The notes beneath the pieces are model-generated. The model worked only from the letters and a program-made list of their open reading frames with translations, was not told the origin of the DNA and searched no databases. 7,512 nt of DNA from Fonticula alba ATCC 38817 (Eukaryota > Protista > Nucleariida): NCBI GenBank assembly GCA_000388065.2, contig KB932204.1; one strand, written 5' to 3'. This document shows positions 5,881 to 7,512 of the stretch, piece by piece (position 1 is the stretch's first letter; the number at the start of each line of letters is the position of its first letter). Made by a program: the position numbers and the translations under genes.

Positions 5881-6434
5881 GGGGGGGGGGGGGCGCCGAG
5901 CTGTCGGCCGGGGGCCGGAGACGGGCGCGAGCGCCCTTGCGCCGCGAGAATTTGGCCGACGTTGCCCCGGTCCCCGGCGTTTGGCGAGGCCTTGCCCCCT
6001 TTTTCCGGCGACACAGGGGACCGCAGGCAGGGCCGAAGGGCCGTGCACCGGGGCCTGTGTGCGAGGCCGTGCGCGCGGCTGCTTGCGAGCGAGGGCGCCC
6101 GGCAAGGGCAAGACAAACGCCCCGCCACCGCTCCCAAGGCGCTGGGGCCCGCCCGGCGGGAGGGCCAAAACGATCTGACAGGACCTGGCCAGGCGCATGC
6201 CCCGCGCCGGCGACAAAGGGAAAGAGGCCCCTGCATGTTGCCCCGCCCCCGCCCCCCCGCCACCCCGGCCCCTTGCCAGGTTAACTGGCGCCCGTCCTCC
6301 CTGGGCACGCACACGTCCAAGAGGGCGGTGCGAGGCCCGGCCGACACGCGGGAGGGCCCCATGTGCCTGCCGGTGTGCCGGTGTGAATGGGCGAAAAAAA
6401 ATAATGAAATAATACATGCGCCTGCGTGTGTGCT

Positions 6435-6460
6435 TGTCTGTGTGTGTGTGTGTGTGTGTG
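6435..6460. repeat. TGTC(TG)11 microsatellite
   Basis: Read directly. Confidence 0.92.
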
Positions 6461-6802
6461 GGCCAGAGGGCGGCAGCGCCGGCGACGGGCGACTGGCCCC
6501 TCGCCGGCGGTGCGGTGCGGCCCATGCCGCCCTCCAGCCGTGGGCTCCCTCGCGGCCCGGCCTCGGCCTCGGCCCCGGCCCGGTCCCACCACAGGGGAGG
6601 GCCAAGGGGAAATGTCACCCTTTTGTGGGGCCCATCGCGAGGGATATTTAAAATGCGCCTCCCGCGGTCTGGGCGCCCCGTCCCAGGGTGACAGCTTGTG
6701 GCGGGCCCTGGGCGGCACGCCACCGGCGCCCGACCCGCCTCCCCGGGCCTTCCCTTGCGCTGGTTTTTTTTTTCCCTCCAGGCCGCCGGGCCATTTTCCT
6801 CG

Positions 6803-6835
<33 letters not shown>

Positions 6836-6933
6836 ACCCCCCACCCGACCCGCCCCCCCCCCCCCCCCCCCCGGCCGACCGCCCCCCCCACCAATTCGGG
6901 TGTCATTTTTCCGGTCCCCCCCCCCCCGCCCCC
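6803..6933. repeat. Poly-C tracts (C33 at 6803-6835, C20 at 6853-6872, plus shorter runs)
   Basis: Read directly; exact homopolymer lengths may be assembly-dependent. Confidence 0.9.
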
Positions 6934-7512
6934 CTGGGGGCGACGAGCCTGGCCGAGGCGCGCTGGGCCCGGGCCCGGCCCCGAGAGGCCGGCCCCGGAC
7001 GGAGGCCGAGCGCAGGGGGGGCCGGTGGTGCGGCGGTGCTCCGGCAGGGGGAGGGTGTGGGGAATCCGGACGCCGCAAGGGCGGGCGCCCCCTTGCACAA
7101 AGCGCGCCCCTGGGGCCGGCGCACACCGCGAGCGCTTTGCCTCCGGCCAAGGGGGCGGCCGCCCCTACAGGGAAGGTGTGTGATGGCCGGCAGCGCGACC
7201 GACACCCGGCCCCCCTCCCTGCACGGCGACCCTCTGATGTGCGCGCGCACAGGCGCCGGAGAATGCCCGGGTCCCCGGCTGCCCGGCCCGCCAGGAGCCG
7301 ACAGCCGCTCCGGAATCCACGGCGGCCGGCTCGATTGAGGGGCACCTGCAGCCGGGTGCACACCGAAGAGGAAGGACGCCCGTGTGTGCGCCGGTACGAG
7401 GGGCAGGGTGGAGTCGACAGATGTGGCGGCGCCCGGCAGCCCCCTCAGACTGACAGCAGCGCTGACACCGGCCGGTGGAGTGTGGCAACCGGGGCGGGCT
7501 TGCTCGGGGGGG

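Noticed and set aside
5075-6463. Shared TGTC(TG)10-11GGC at 5083-5109 and 6435-6463 as a dispersed element
   Set aside because: Similarity does not extend beyond the microsatellite and a few flanking bases.
5024-7363. Long ORFs on both strands downstream (e.g. 680, 525, 489, 406, 360 aa)
   Set aside because: Low-complexity Gly/Pro/Arg/Ala translations of repeats and N runs, expected at this GC content; no recognisable domain.

Overview
GC-rich eukaryotic (probably protist) genomic DNA with two assembly gaps (N 3705-4026, 5496-5880). The organism cannot be identified from the sequence. Bases 126-5027 (+) hold the last 10 exons of a 5'-truncated gene: join(126..227,498..741,1063..1204,1482..1588,1795..1993,2236..2740,3068..3181,3522..3616,4336..4628,4939..5027), 1890 nt = 629 aa plus TAG. 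All nine introns are GT-AG and phase-compatible. The product is a proteinase K/aqualysin-type subtilase (MEROPS S8A) with an intact D/H/N/S catalytic set. It is followed by a PPC-like beta domain resembling the C-terminal pro-domain of bacterial aqualysin I (recalled from memory), one EGF-like module, one transmembrane helix and a ~106-aa cytosolic tail ending in a Tyr cluster, i.e. a receptor-like type I membrane subtilase. The introns follow an unusual grammar: strict GTRCGY donors, 63-276 nt AG-free zones, little polypyrimidine tract at the AG, and branch-point-like motifs 52-212 nt upstream of the acceptor. Bases 5028-7512 are low-complexity, probably UTR/intergenic, with only weak minus-strand exon candidates. 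Most long ORFs in the supplied track are GC, intron or N-gap artefacts.
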